Shown: positions 1 through 8,902 of the stretch, piece after piece
Position numbering within the stretch: the first letter of the stretch is position 1
How the letters are laid out: every line of letters starts with the position of its first letter
DNA from: a virus
Taxonomy: Duplodnaviria; Caudoviricetes
Length of the DNA stretch: 26,665 bases
Direction: 5' to 3' (one strand)
Virus record (IMG/VR): IMGVR_UViG_3300030325_000003
Span: 1 to 26,665 of that record
Position numbers and translations under genes: made by a program
The notes under the pieces: model-generated
Database searches by the model: none
Told to the model about the DNA's origin: nothing
Seen by the model: only the letters and a program-made list of their open reading frames with translations

Positions 1-11
1 GGTATGGGACG

Positions 12-155
12 ATGAGCGCGCGTAAGTGGCGTTTCGAGGCGCATTGGCATACGCCGAAGGGATTTCTAGTAGGGGCTATCGTCCAGTACAGGGAAGCCGT
101 CTCCATCCACCTAGGCCCATTCTACCTCTCGTGGTGGAAGGATTGGGAACTATGA
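12..155 (+). CDS. small hypothetical phage protein (47 aa, Trp/aromatic-rich)
   Basis: Hand translation: MSARKWRFEAHWHTPKGFLVGAIVQYREAVSIHLGPFYLSWWKDWEL*. Its TGA overlaps the next ATG (ATGA at 152-155). Below the ORF-track size cutoff. Confidence 0.55.
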   Translation: MSARKWRFEAHWHTPKGFLVGAIVQYREAVSIHLGPFYLSWWKDWEL

Positions 156-250
156 CCGTCAGAATGATGATCCAAGTCGCGATCTTGGCTGTCGTCGGCC
201 TCGCCCTGATCTACTGGGTCGCGCGCCATCCACGGGACTTCTGGCGCTAG
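152..250 (+). CDS. small single-TM membrane protein (32 aa)
   Basis: MTVRMMIQVAILAVVGLALIYWVARHPRDFWR*. One hydrophobic helix with a basic tail; ATGA coupling upstream and TAG-ATG abutment downstream. Confidence 0.55.
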   Translation: MTVRMMIQVAILAVVGLALIYWVARHPRDFWR

Positions 251-421
251 ATGAGCCAAGGCAAAGGATCGAACCGCAGACCCACCGCTGTCAGTCAGGC
301 AGAGTATGAGGCGCGATGGGCCGCTACCTTTGGCTCAGGGAAAGAACCGGAAGCCGAAACTGACGGTCGGCCCGACCGCCACGCGCCCGTCCTGCCCGTA
401 GGTCGCGCCGATCCCGACTGA
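251..421 (+). CDS. small phage protein with a GKGSxxRP...Y..RW..F pattern (56 aa)
   Basis: MSQGKGSNRRPTAVSQAEYEARWAATFG... ATG directly follows the previous stop. The pattern resembles a small protein I recall from environmental phages. The 3' end overlaps the convergent spanin-like gene by 87 nt. Confidence 0.6.
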   Translation: MSQGKGSNRRPTAVSQAEYEARWAATFGSGKEPEAETDGRPDRHAPVLPVGRADPD

Positions 422-895
422 CGCGGCGGTATGGCGAGCGATCCATCCCTGCTTCGGGATCGACTTGATGCGTGCGATCTCGCTCCGTGCGTTGGCCCAT
501 CCAAGTTGTGCGATTCGCACCCTGTCCTCGCAGGTGCCGAGGGCTTGGGTGCAGGCTTTGATGGTCGTGTCGGCCTGCTGGACGTACTCGACCACCTTCA
601 GCGTGTCGTGCTTCCACTGGTCTACCGTCACCGTCAGACTGTCAGTCACCCGTCGTATCTTGGTGAGCCGCACTGTGTCCGTCCGGTACGCCTTCGCAAG
701 CGAGTCCTGCGCCCTGCGGAGGTCGGCGTTCGTGCTCTCCTGCGCGGCGATCTCGGCGTTCAGCGCCCCGATCTGACGCTGTTTGGCACGGTCCAGCGCC
801 AGCCAGCTTCCGGCGAGGGTCAGGACGCCAGCGACCACGTAGACGAACGTCGGTACTTGCTTGAATAGGGCGATGATCTTGGCTTTCATAGTCAC
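335..895 (-). CDS. spanin-like lysis protein (N-terminal TM, coiled coil, C-terminal beta-hairpin)
   Basis: Directly after the endolysin (GTGA overlap). TM segment FVYVVAGVLTLAGSWLAL, then heptad-rich helices, ending ASVGIGATYGQDGRVAVGPTVSFGFRFFP. Confidence 0.65.
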   Translation of the reverse strand: MTMKAKIIALFKQVPTFVYVVAGVLTLAGSWLALDRAKQRQIGALNAEIAAQESTNADLRRAQDSLAKAYRTDTVRLTKIRRVTDSLTVTVDQWKHDTLKVVEYVQQADTTIKACTQALGTCEDRVRIAQLGWANARSEIARIKSIPKQGWIARHTAASVGIGATYGQDGRVAVGPTVSFGFRFFP

Positions 896-1323
896 TTGGC
901 CTTGTTATCGACCGCGTTCCAGAGGCGCGGCGATGGACGCTGGTCCTCGGTGCGGTCTAAGTGGAGCGAGCCATTCGGGTAGAATCCGATCCGCCCGCAT
1001 CCCGTCACTATCGCCGCATCGAGAATTTTGAATCGGGCGAAGTTCCAGTTGGGGTCAGACGGCGTTGGCGACTTCCCGATGTCCACGGCGTTGCACGGTA
1101 CGTCGGTATGCGCCGAGTCTGCCGCCCCACCCACGCTCTTGTTGTACTCCGGCGTCCGGTAGCTCGACGTGATGTGCATGGACACTTTCGCCAACGCGCG
1201 CACCCCGTCCAGCCAGTGCATGAATTCCAGCCCCATCTTGTCCGGGTGCTTGAACTCATCCGGCGTGAAGTGCTTGATCTCGTGCCAATCCGCAGGCGTC
1301 ATCGTGCGCGTTGAAAAGCTCAT
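892..1323 (-). CDS. endolysin, Zn peptidase M15A (Peptidase_M15_3-like)
   Basis: Motifs ITSSYRTPEYNKSVGGAADSAH...AVDI and LHLD. Start revised to ATG 1323 (GGAGG RBS, ATGA overlap with the holin stop). Confidence 0.9.
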   Translation of the reverse strand: MSFSTRTMTPADWHEIKHFTPDEFKHPDKMGLEFMHWLDGVRALAKVSMHITSSYRTPEYNKSVGGAADSAHTDVPCNAVDIGKSPTPSDPNWNFARFKILDAAIVTGCGRIGFYPNGSLHLDRTEDQRPSPRLWNAVDNKAK

Positions 1324-1640
1324 CCATCCTCCCTTATCGCACCACTCGGGCGAGGCGCTGGCGGTGCGGATTGTGTGGTCTTCGTTTCGGTGACGGTGGA
1401 CGAGGATGACGCGCCCCCCGCGTGCTTGCCGCTGATCCACGCATTGCTACCGCTGTACGCACCGATGGCGATGGACGCGAGCATCCCGAACGTGCCGACG
1501 ATCTCGGCCACGTACTGCGGACTGCCCTTCGCCAGCGCCAACGCGACAATCGTGACGATGAAACCGAGCAGTAGCGTCAGGAGCGCAAGCGTGTACTTGC
1601 GTCCGTACTGCGCTACAGGATCGGTGAACTTCACCGACAC
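1320..1640 (-). CDS. putative holin, two TM helices
   Basis: GRKYTLALLTLLLGFIVTIVALALA and IVGTFGMLASIAIGAYSGSN, hydrophilic C-tail, immediately upstream of the endolysin. The start may be GTG 1634 (GTGA overlap). Confidence 0.7.
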   Translation of the reverse strand: MSVKFTDPVAQYGRKYTLALLTLLLGFIVTIVALALAKGSPQYVAEIVGTFGMLASIAIGAYSGSNAWISGKHAGGASSSSTVTETKTTQSAPPAPRPSGAIREDG

Positions 1641-1849
1641 CGCCTATCGTTCGGCTCCTGCTGACACCGCACATCCAAGAGTAGGGAATAGGTCGCCGCT
1701 TGCTGGCTTCGCAGTTCTTGGACATCTGCCGCGTGCGAGGACGCATCTTCTTTCTTGTCCACCTTGTATTGCAGGACACCCCACGCGGAGGCGAGGAGCA
1801 GGGCGGGGATGGCAAACTGGGCGAGGAAGGATTTGACACGTTCGGGCAT
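1631..1849 (-). CDS. single-TM lysis-region protein (holin or antiholin candidate)
   Basis: N-terminal TM (FLAQFAIPALLLASAWGVL), short coiled coil, two C-terminal Cys. First gene of the lysis cassette. Confidence 0.6.
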   Translation of the reverse strand: MPERVKSFLAQFAIPALLLASAWGVLQYKVDKKEDASSHAADVQELRSQQAATYSLLLDVRCQQEPNDRRCR

Positions 1850-1887
1850 CGGCTACAATCTCAGGTTGGCGGTCCTATCAGATGGTC

Positions 1888-1912
1888 AGCCCCGCGCACG
1901 GTGCGGAGGGCT
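1888..1912 (-). terminator. GC-rich hairpin between the last virion gene and the lysis cassette (possible pause or attenuator)
   Basis: AGCCCTCCGCACCGTGCGCGGGGCT on the minus strand is an imperfect stem-loop just after the stop at 1920. No U-tract follows. Confidence 0.25.
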
Positions 1913-1919
1913 CTCGTGC

Positions 1920-4523
1920 CTAGCGGAACGGCGTTGGGGCAAGGCGTCCGGCCATACCAGAGGCAATCGCCCCTGTCCGACCAACCTCATCATCCATACC
2001 AGAAATCTTGCGGATTGCCGCCTGTACGTCTTCCGGCGATTCGGCCAAGAGTTTCAGGAACGCCGCATCTTCCATCCCTGATTTCTTGACGCTCGACTCA
2101 AACGGATGGCGGTACAACTGGCGAGCGGCACGGGCAATCGTCAGGCCGATGCTTGGCGTGGACGACTCCACCGCAACCTCCCCGATACTGCGCGTCGGGT
2201 CGGGCAACTGTGCGCCCTGTCCTAGTACCTTCTCCTGACGTTCAAGCAAGTCCTTCCACGCCTTCTCGACTAGCGTCATCTGCTTCGCTTCGTCAGGTCC
2301 CTTCGCGGCGAACGCGAACTGGCGCGAGCGTTCCGGCACACCGAGGTCCAAGGACTTGCCCGCTGACATCTCCCCACGAAACGCACCAGCCGCCCCGCGC
2401 TGGAGATTCGACCGCTGGCTCGCGCCCATCGTTGGCAACTGCGCCTCCAGCGACGGTAGCGACAACTTCGGCTTGGCGGCAGACGGAGCAGTCGGCGTCC
2501 CCGTAATCCCGAACCCCTGCTTTGCCGCCGCAATATCAGGGTCCACCTCGAACGGACTTGGCTTCGCGGGAAGCGAGAGTTTCGGGGCTTCGAGGGCGTC
2601 GAGTTTGGCCGCGATCCGTTGCGGTGCGCCTTCGCCGTAGGCCATCACGACCTGTCGCGAAATATCGCTCGACGGTTCCTTGAGTAGGAGCGCAATCGCA
2701 CCGGGCCGCTTGCCCGCACGGAGCATCGACGCAATCGCGTGCTGTCCGCCGAGTTTGAATAGATCGGCCTCGTTCGGGGGAAGTGCCGCCGCCGTCTTCT
2801 CGACCGCCGTCAGTGAGCGCGTCAACGCCCCCTGCACGGGCGGATTGCTCGTCGCCCGCTGGGTGGACATCCCGAGCTTCGTCGCGCGCATCTCGCCCGA
2901 CTGATCGGCATACGCCCGATCCGCCTGACGGAATAGTTCATCCTGTTGGTCGAGTGCCGTCCCGTGGAGTTCGAGGGCGTTCTGCGCGTGGACGTTAGAC
3001 AAGCCTTCTGCCGTCGTCTGTCCATCATCCAACTTCGCGGCATTGGCGAGGTATCGCTTCATCACGTGCCACGCCTCGGCGTCCGGCACAATGTCCGTCT
3101 CCGGCTTGGCGAGTGCGGAGTTTGGACCGAGTTGCGTTGGGACAAACCCCTGCGGCTTTTGGGTACCCTTGACCACTTCCGGCAATGCCCGCGAAGGATC
3201 GCTTGGCGCGATATCTGCCCTCGCCCGCTTGGCGAACGCCCACGCCGCCTGACCCGTTGGCGTCTTTAGGAATGCCTCGGCCTCTGGCGTCAGTGGGACC
3301 GCTTGTCCCTTCGTCCCTTCGATGGCCTTTGGGTAGGTACTAGCCGCGAGTTCCGACCGCGCATCCTTGAGCAGGCCGAGTTCGCTTACCGCGTCAGGAA
3401 TCTTGCCGCCCGATTCCTGCTTGAGTACGTCAAGTGCCTTCGGGAGCGCCGTCTGCTTGGCCTTTTCGACCGCGACCGCGTGCGCTTCCTTGAGTTGGGC
3501 GATCATCGCATCATAGGACGACTTGAGGTTGGCATCGGCCTTCTCGCGCATCCCCTCAATCACGGCGATTTCCTGCGCCAGTTCGTCGGCGTCCTTCGCC
3601 GTCGTCCCCGTCGCTTCGTCGAACGCCTTGCCGATTTCCAGCGGGGCTTCGGCTTCCCGCGCCTTGAAGACGGGCTCAATCGCCTGACGCCCCGGCACGC
3701 TCCGCGCCGCCTGACGCGCTTCTAGCACCGTCGTCGGGCCTGCTACGTCAATCGCTCGCGGTTTGGGTGCGCCCGTGCCAGTCGGGAAGACGGGTACCTC
3801 GTAGGACTTGTCGGCGTCCATTGACTGCCCCGCACGACGGCCACCAGCTTCCTCTGCGGACTTCATTCCCAACTTCCGGCGTGCCAGATAGCGTGCGCCA
3901 AGGCTCGCGCCAGCGCCAAGAACCGTACCGCCAGCGCCGTACGTGAACCCGTGCTTCACGCCGGTCGGATCGTCAGACGAAAAGACGTTTTCACCGACGC
4001 CCTGCATAGCCGCCTGCGTACCGCCTTCGCGTGCGCCCTTGAGGGCGGTCATAAACTTGCCGCTCCCCGCGAGTTCCTTGCCTGCCTTGATCGGTCCCCA
4101 TACCGTCTGGACGGGGTTCGTCGCGGCTCCAGCAACGCCCGCCACCAGCGAAGCGATCCACGGCAACTGATCCTTGCTCGCTACCTGTGCATCGCGGTTC
4201 GCAACAAGCTCCTTCATAAATCCAGCGGCGGCTCCCGCGTCAGGGTTCCTGATGTCGATGGGATGCTTGAGCCACGCTTCCAGCGCCGCCGAGCCGAGTC
4301 CGCTGAGGCCGAAGGTTTGTCCGTCAGAAAGCGTCTGCACAAATGCGCCCGTCGCGTCCCAAATGCTGCGGCGTTCAGGGTCGCTCTGCGCGAACTCCTG
4401 CATCACCTGACGCGCGGCATCCACTTCGGCGCGTACGTCCTCATCAGACGCACCGGACGCCTTGAGGCGTGCCAGTTCACGTCGGAGCGTTTCGATAATC
4501 TGCTTTGGGGTCGGGTTATCCAT
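1920..4523 (-). CDS. large internal virion / DNA ejection protein (867 aa)
   Basis: Ala/Gly-rich and helical, with amphipathic membrane-like segments (TLSDGQTFGLSG, GAGGTVLGAGASLG). Last and largest gene before lysis, the usual position of podoviral ejection proteins. Confidence 0.7.
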   Translation of the reverse strand: MDNPTPKQIIETLRRELARLKASGASDEDVRAEVDAARQVMQEFAQSDPERRSIWDATGAFVQTLSDGQTFGLSGLGSAALEAWLKHPIDIRNPDAGAAAGFMKELVANRDAQVASKDQLPWIASLVAGVAGAATNPVQTVWGPIKAGKELAGSGKFMTALKGAREGGTQAAMQGVGENVFSSDDPTGVKHGFTYGAGGTVLGAGASLGARYLARRKLGMKSAEEAGGRRAGQSMDADKSYEVPVFPTGTGAPKPRAIDVAGPTTVLEARQAARSVPGRQAIEPVFKAREAEAPLEIGKAFDEATGTTAKDADELAQEIAVIEGMREKADANLKSSYDAMIAQLKEAHAVAVEKAKQTALPKALDVLKQESGGKIPDAVSELGLLKDARSELAASTYPKAIEGTKGQAVPLTPEAEAFLKTPTGQAAWAFAKRARADIAPSDPSRALPEVVKGTQKPQGFVPTQLGPNSALAKPETDIVPDAEAWHVMKRYLANAAKLDDGQTTAEGLSNVHAQNALELHGTALDQQDELFRQADRAYADQSGEMRATKLGMSTQRATSNPPVQGALTRSLTAVEKTAAALPPNEADLFKLGGQHAIASMLRAGKRPGAIALLLKEPSSDISRQVVMAYGEGAPQRIAAKLDALEAPKLSLPAKPSPFEVDPDIAAAKQGFGITGTPTAPSAAKPKLSLPSLEAQLPTMGASQRSNLQRGAAGAFRGEMSAGKSLDLGVPERSRQFAFAAKGPDEAKQMTLVEKAWKDLLERQEKVLGQGAQLPDPTRSIGEVAVESSTPSIGLTIARAARQLYRHPFESSVKKSGMEDAAFLKLLAESPEDVQAAIRKISGMDDEVGRTGAIASGMAGRLAPTPFR

Positions 4524-5691
4524 TCGGACTCCGATACTTAGTCGTACGATCTCCGCTCGCCTGTGGTGCGGTGTTGGGTGCAGGATTCGGTGCGCCCTGA
4601 TTCCCCTTGACCGCCTTCACGATGTCACGGTACATCCCCTCAAGCCGACGCTTTGTCTGTTCGTCCGCGATCTGTCCACCGCCGAAACGGAAGGACTTGA
4701 GCATCTCGTTGACCCGCGCATCAGCATCAGACATCCGCTTGCCTTCCACCGTCACCACCCACGCGCGGATGAGCCCACGCACATTGTTCATGTAGGCGCT
4801 TCCGGCGTCTGACGCGAGGACATTTCCAACATCCGACTTTGACAAAGTACGGTCGGCCCAGTTCGGCGGGTTGGCAATCCTCTGTGTCTTCGGATCGAGC
4901 AGATTACGGTAGGACCGTTCTGCCTCTCCTGCCGCAAGACCAGTCTCAACCTTCGTGGCCGCACCCGCCTTGGGTACTGCCTGTCCAAGCTGGCGCGTGC
5001 CGCCGCCGCGAGTGTACGCTGTGACCATCGGTGTATCCCCTTCCATCGTCTGCGTCACGCCGCCGATCATCCCGCGCTGGGCATCTGCCATTGTCTCGGC
5101 GCGAGTCTGTGCCGCCGTGATGCCCTTATCCTGCATCTGGAATCGACCCGCTAGCGCCGCCGCCGCCTGATCTGCCGCCGCCTTGGCACGGAGATTGGCG
5201 ATCTTCTCTTGGCCCGTGAGCGAGGCTTGCAACCGCCGCCAATCGGCGTCCGCCTTGCGCTCGGCAGATTGCTCGCCACGCCGCTCGGCGCGAGCTTCCT
5301 TGCCCTGCGACGGGTCGGCCAGATACCGCCGCGCGCCGATAGTCTCGATGCGCTGTGGGCCGTGTTCGATTTGAGGTTCGCGCTGTTCGGTGTACGTCTT
5401 GCCTGATTTATAGGACGTGTCAAACGGGCCACCGATGCTCGCGGCCTGCACGCCGGGCTTGGTCTGCGAGAGTTGATCGACCGCGCCAAGTGTCAGGGCG
5501 TCCTTGTCGGTGCGCCCGTCTTCGAGTTCAGTGAGGCCGTAGGTGTCCTTGACGGCGAGCATCTGGATCGCCTCGGCAATCGCCTGACGCCGACGCTCCT
5601 CTGCCCGCTGTTCGTTCTTGTCCATCGACTGCGCGAGCGAGCCTGCGCCGCCTGCGAGGCCCGCCAGAATCGCACCCCAGTTGCCAGCCAT
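4516..5691 (-). CDS. putative ejection/pilot protein (391 aa)
   Basis: Start revised to MAGNWGAILAGLAGGAG (GGAGG RBS). Gly-rich N-terminus followed by charged coiled coil. Confidence 0.65.
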   Translation of the reverse strand: MAGNWGAILAGLAGGAGSLAQSMDKNEQRAEERRRQAIAEAIQMLAVKDTYGLTELEDGRTDKDALTLGAVDQLSQTKPGVQAASIGGPFDTSYKSGKTYTEQREPQIEHGPQRIETIGARRYLADPSQGKEARAERRGEQSAERKADADWRRLQASLTGQEKIANLRAKAAADQAAAALAGRFQMQDKGITAAQTRAETMADAQRGMIGGVTQTMEGDTPMVTAYTRGGGTRQLGQAVPKAGAATKVETGLAAGEAERSYRNLLDPKTQRIANPPNWADRTLSKSDVGNVLASDAGSAYMNNVRGLIRAWVVTVEGKRMSDADARVNEMLKSFRFGGGQIADEQTKRRLEGMYRDIVKAVKGNQGAPNPAPNTAPQASGDRTTKYRSPNG

Positions 5692-5695
5692 AGTG

Positions 5696-7258
5696 TTAGC
5701 CTCCCCCGTAGCCAGCACCCAACATCTTCATCAGGAAGTCCTGCCAGTTGTTCTCTTGGTCGGCGTTGAACTTCGCCGTGGACATATCGTTCTCGAATCC
5801 CTGCTGGCCGTAGCCCATCAGGCCCTTGAGCCAATCCATCTGGTTCCCCTGCGCCGTCGTCCCGCCCGTCAAGCCCTGCGAGATCGCCGCGCGCTTGTCA
5901 CCCGACTGCGTATCCGCGAGCTTCTGCGCCAAGTCATACGCCATCGATTCCTTCGCGCTCCGCTTGCCGATGTTCAGGTCCTTCAGGTTGCCGGAGTTGA
6001 TCGTCGAGTCGCTGAGTCCACGACGCGACATATCCTCCTTCAACTGCCGCTCCCGCAAGGCGTACTCGTCGTCGATATTCCCGCCGAGCCAGCCGTAGGC
6101 GTCCTGTACTTCCTTCGTCCCGTAGGAGGAGGGGTTCTTGAGTGATTCGAGGAGTGCGTCATTGGTCGCCTTCTGCACGTCGCCACCCGCACCCTGCCCC
6201 GCCGCGCCCTTCATCAGCATCCCGAGGATGTCCGCCGAGCCCGGCGTAGCGTCTGCCCCTGACCCACTGGACGGAGCCGATCCGCCCTGCACCGGCACGT
6301 TCGCCACCTTGCCGGGCATAGCGGTGACACCTTCCTGCGCCGTGAACTGCTGTGGCGTCGGAGAGATGATGTTGCCCGGACTGGCGTTCGCCCCGCCCGG
6401 ATCGAAGGATTTCTGTACCTCTGGCGAGGCAGACTTGAGGACTGGCGGCGTGTAGGCCTGCGGTCCCTTCGGCACCGTGCCATCGGCCTGACCCGCGAGG
6501 AGGCGTTCCTGTTCGGCGGGGTCGGCGGCGGTCGTACCACCAGCTTTCGTCCCGAAGGTGCCAAAGGTCGGGGAAGCGGTGTCCTGCTGAAGCTCCATCC
6601 CCCGCGCCCGACGCACGAACGCCAGTTCCTTGTCGCTGACGGGCTGGCCGTTCGCGATCTTGTCCTTCACCGCGTTCGCGCCGGAATCAGCGGCGGTCAT
6701 CGCCTGCCACTCCGCTTCACTCAAGGGAGGAACCTGCTTCATCGCGTTCGCGTTCTTGACGAAATCCTGATCGTACGTCTTGAACGTGCGGCCCTGTGGG
6801 TCGTTCGCGAGCGGCACGCTATCGTACCCGCCGAACTTCCCGCCCTGATCGGTTTCGTAGCCACGGAACTGGTTCGCCGCGTCCCCTTCCGGCGTCATCG
6901 TCCCGCCCGCCGCCGTCGCGATCAGCGGACTCGACCCCGCCGAGGCGGTAGGAGCCTGCCAGTCGCCAGAGAGCGTAGCAATTGGGGCGGGCGGACCAGC
7001 CGAAGGGTCCGGCGCACTCTCCGGCATCGGAGGCCGCGCCTCTCCCGCCGCCTGCATCTGCGAGAACGTCGGAGCCTGTGTGACAGGCCGCGCTTCGCTC
7101 ACCCCTTCCTGTGCAGGGGCCTGATACGGCTTGGGGGCCGGAGGCGTGGACGAGCCGTTGTCGTTCGCGACGGCGCGATCCGCCTCTAGCGTCTGGTCCT
7201 TCGACTCCTCTTGGTCGAGGTAGCCCTGATCGGCCCTGTATGGCATCGGCGCTTTCAT
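5696..7258 (-). CDS. putative ejection protein (520 aa)
   Basis: Pro/Ala low-complexity N-half. C-terminal part has LKEDMSRRGLSDSTI, Gln-rich helices and a Gly-rich end, typical of podoviral DNA-transfer proteins. Confidence 0.65.
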   Translation of the reverse strand: MKAPMPYRADQGYLDQEESKDQTLEADRAVANDNGSSTPPAPKPYQAPAQEGVSEARPVTQAPTFSQMQAAGEARPPMPESAPDPSAGPPAPIATLSGDWQAPTASAGSSPLIATAAGGTMTPEGDAANQFRGYETDQGGKFGGYDSVPLANDPQGRTFKTYDQDFVKNANAMKQVPPLSEAEWQAMTAADSGANAVKDKIANGQPVSDKELAFVRRARGMELQQDTASPTFGTFGTKAGGTTAADPAEQERLLAGQADGTVPKGPQAYTPPVLKSASPEVQKSFDPGGANASPGNIISPTPQQFTAQEGVTAMPGKVANVPVQGGSAPSSGSGADATPGSADILGMLMKGAAGQGAGGDVQKATNDALLESLKNPSSYGTKEVQDAYGWLGGNIDDEYALRERQLKEDMSRRGLSDSTINSGNLKDLNIGKRSAKESMAYDLAQKLADTQSGDKRAAISQGLTGGTTAQGNQMDWLKGLMGYGQQGFENDMSTAKFNADQENNWQDFLMKMLGAGYGGG

Positions 7259-7260
7259 TG

Positions 7261-8115
7261 TCAGACCCCCACCTTAGCGTTCTGGAACATCCGCTTCTTG
7301 AGTATCTCCAACGCCGACGTATCCACCCCACCCTGACCCGGCTGATAGTTCGCCGCCGCCGTCCGTGCGCTTGCCAAGGCGTCCTGCGGCCCACCCGTCG
7401 CGGGCGCGGCCATCGTCTGTGCCGTCATCGGGCCGCGCGTGTAGTCGCGGGGCGCGAACGTCGTTGGCGCACTCCCCATCCTCGCCTTCAGCAAGGCTTG
7501 GGCGTTATCCGCCATCGGCGCACGATTGAGGCGGTCCTGAGCCCCGACCGCCGTGCTGAGTTCCGACTGGCCTTGCCGACGCGCGAACTGGTTCTTGGCT
7601 TCCTCTAGGGCAGATTGGGCCGTCTTGTAGTCAAGGCCAGCGCCGACGCCCCCGCTGATTGCGGCGAGCCAGTCCTTTGCCGACATTCCTCCACCGCCGT
7701 TCTCGTCACCACCACCAAGGCTGGGGATCAACTTACTCAGAAAGTTTCCACCGCCACCGTTCGGCATAGAACTTGGCCCATCGCCGCCATTTGTAGAGCC
7801 GGGACTTGGCATCCCGCCCCCGCCGAGGAACTTGTTGAGCAGTCCCCCGCCAGCTACCGTAGCCGCAGTCGCAAGGATTGGCTTGATGATATGGTCATTT
7901 CTGTCCCATACCCCAGCGAGTCCACCGCGCTTTTTCTCGCGGTCGGCATAGTCCTGTGAGGACGGGTCTACGGCCTCAGCCTGTGCGATCCGCGCGTCCA
8001 CCTCTTGCCGCGACAACGGCTGGCCCGTTTCGAGGTCGAACGCGATCCCCCCGCCATCAATGCGATAGCCGAGTTCGGGGTAGGACTGGTTCTTCTGCAA
8101 CACATTGGTAGGCAT
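7261..8115 (-). CDS. putative small ejection/pilot protein (284 aa)
   Basis: Gly-rich amphipathic segments (ILATAATVAGGGLL, WLAAISGGVGAGL), GGAG RBS, first gene of the ejection cluster. Confidence 0.6.
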   Translation of the reverse strand: MPTNVLQKNQSYPELGYRIDGGGIAFDLETGQPLSRQEVDARIAQAEAVDPSSQDYADREKKRGGLAGVWDRNDHIIKPILATAATVAGGGLLNKFLGGGGMPSPGSTNGGDGPSSMPNGGGGNFLSKLIPSLGGGDENGGGGMSAKDWLAAISGGVGAGLDYKTAQSALEEAKNQFARRQGQSELSTAVGAQDRLNRAPMADNAQALLKARMGSAPTTFAPRDYTRGPMTAQTMAAPATGGPQDALASARTAAANYQPGQGGVDTSALEILKKRMFQNAKVGV

Positions 8116-8139
8116 AACGTACTCCGAAAGAGTCCCTTC

Positions 8140-8901
8140 CTAAACGCGTGCCGCCGCTGTCGCCCCATACTGCGAGAGGTTGATGCCTGCCTCAACCTGC
8201 GGACCCCAAATATAGACATAATCGCCGTTGGCCCCGCCTGCCGCTTCCGCCACGTAGATGATGAACGTGTTGGAGTTCGTATACGTGACGACGCCGTTCG
8301 TAACACCGGAGCACCGATACCAACCGCCTCCGGCACTCGTAATGATATAGCTCCCGCCCCCCGTTCCACCCACGGACGCCATGCCTGTCGCGACCCCCGC
8401 CGTCCATGTCACGCCTGCACGGGTGATCCACGCCGCCGCCGTCACGTCATAGATGCCGATTTGGGTCGTGTCCGTCCCTGCGACCGCTCCGAACTTCAGA
8501 TAGGCCGAGAAGGTCACGCGGGTCGTCGAATCGAGCCCGATATTGGTTTGCACGATGTTCGCATCCGAGCCCGTCGCCGTCAGTTTGGCACCCGTGAGCG
8601 TCCCGTCCGGAGCCTGAATGTAGTCCGTCTTCAGGGTCGCCACGCCCGGCGTCCATGCGGCGTTCGCTAGATCGCCCGAGTAGATCAGGACGTTCTGCGA
8701 CATAATGCCCGGCGCAATCGGCGGATTGTTCGCCCCGATGATGTTCAGGTCGTACTGATTGGCAATCGGTACCAACGGACTCGCAAACGGCGGGACCGCA
8801 CTCGGGAAAATGATGTTCCCGCGATTCCCGCCCGCCGTGAAGCTCTGGTCCCACGGCGACGTGGAGGGCTGGAAGGGGTTGAGGCGCTTGTAGTCGGCCA
8901 T
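8140..8901 (-). CDS. spike/fibre protein with a carbohydrate-binding-like beta-sandwich (head-spike-fibre-like domain)
   Basis: Pattern QNVLIYSGDLANAAWT...APDGTLTG...TFSAYLK...GGGWYRCS...YIWGPQVEAG. Start revised to ATG 8901, just after the nozzle stop. Confidence 0.7.
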   Translation of the reverse strand: MADYKRLNPFQPSTSPWDQSFTAGGNRGNIIFPSAVPPFASPLVPIANQYDLNIIGANNPPIAPGIMSQNVLIYSGDLANAAWTPGVATLKTDYIQAPDGTLTGAKLTATGSDANIVQTNIGLDSTTRVTFSAYLKFGAVAGTDTTQIGIYDVTAAAWITRAGVTWTAGVATGMASVGGTGGGSYIITSAGGGWYRCSGVTNGVVTYTNSNTFIIYVAEAAGGANGDYVYIWGPQVEAGINLSQYGATAAARV

Positions 8902-8902
8902 C

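Noticed and set aside
26-250. 74-aa ORF as given in the ORF track
   Set aside because: Better explained as two coupled ORFs, 12-155 and 152-250, joined by an ATGA overlap.
252-337. 8-bp inverted repeat TGAGCCAA...TTGGCTCA as a structured RNA or terminator
   Set aside because: Short, widely spaced, inside a plausible small CDS and without a U-tract; likely chance.
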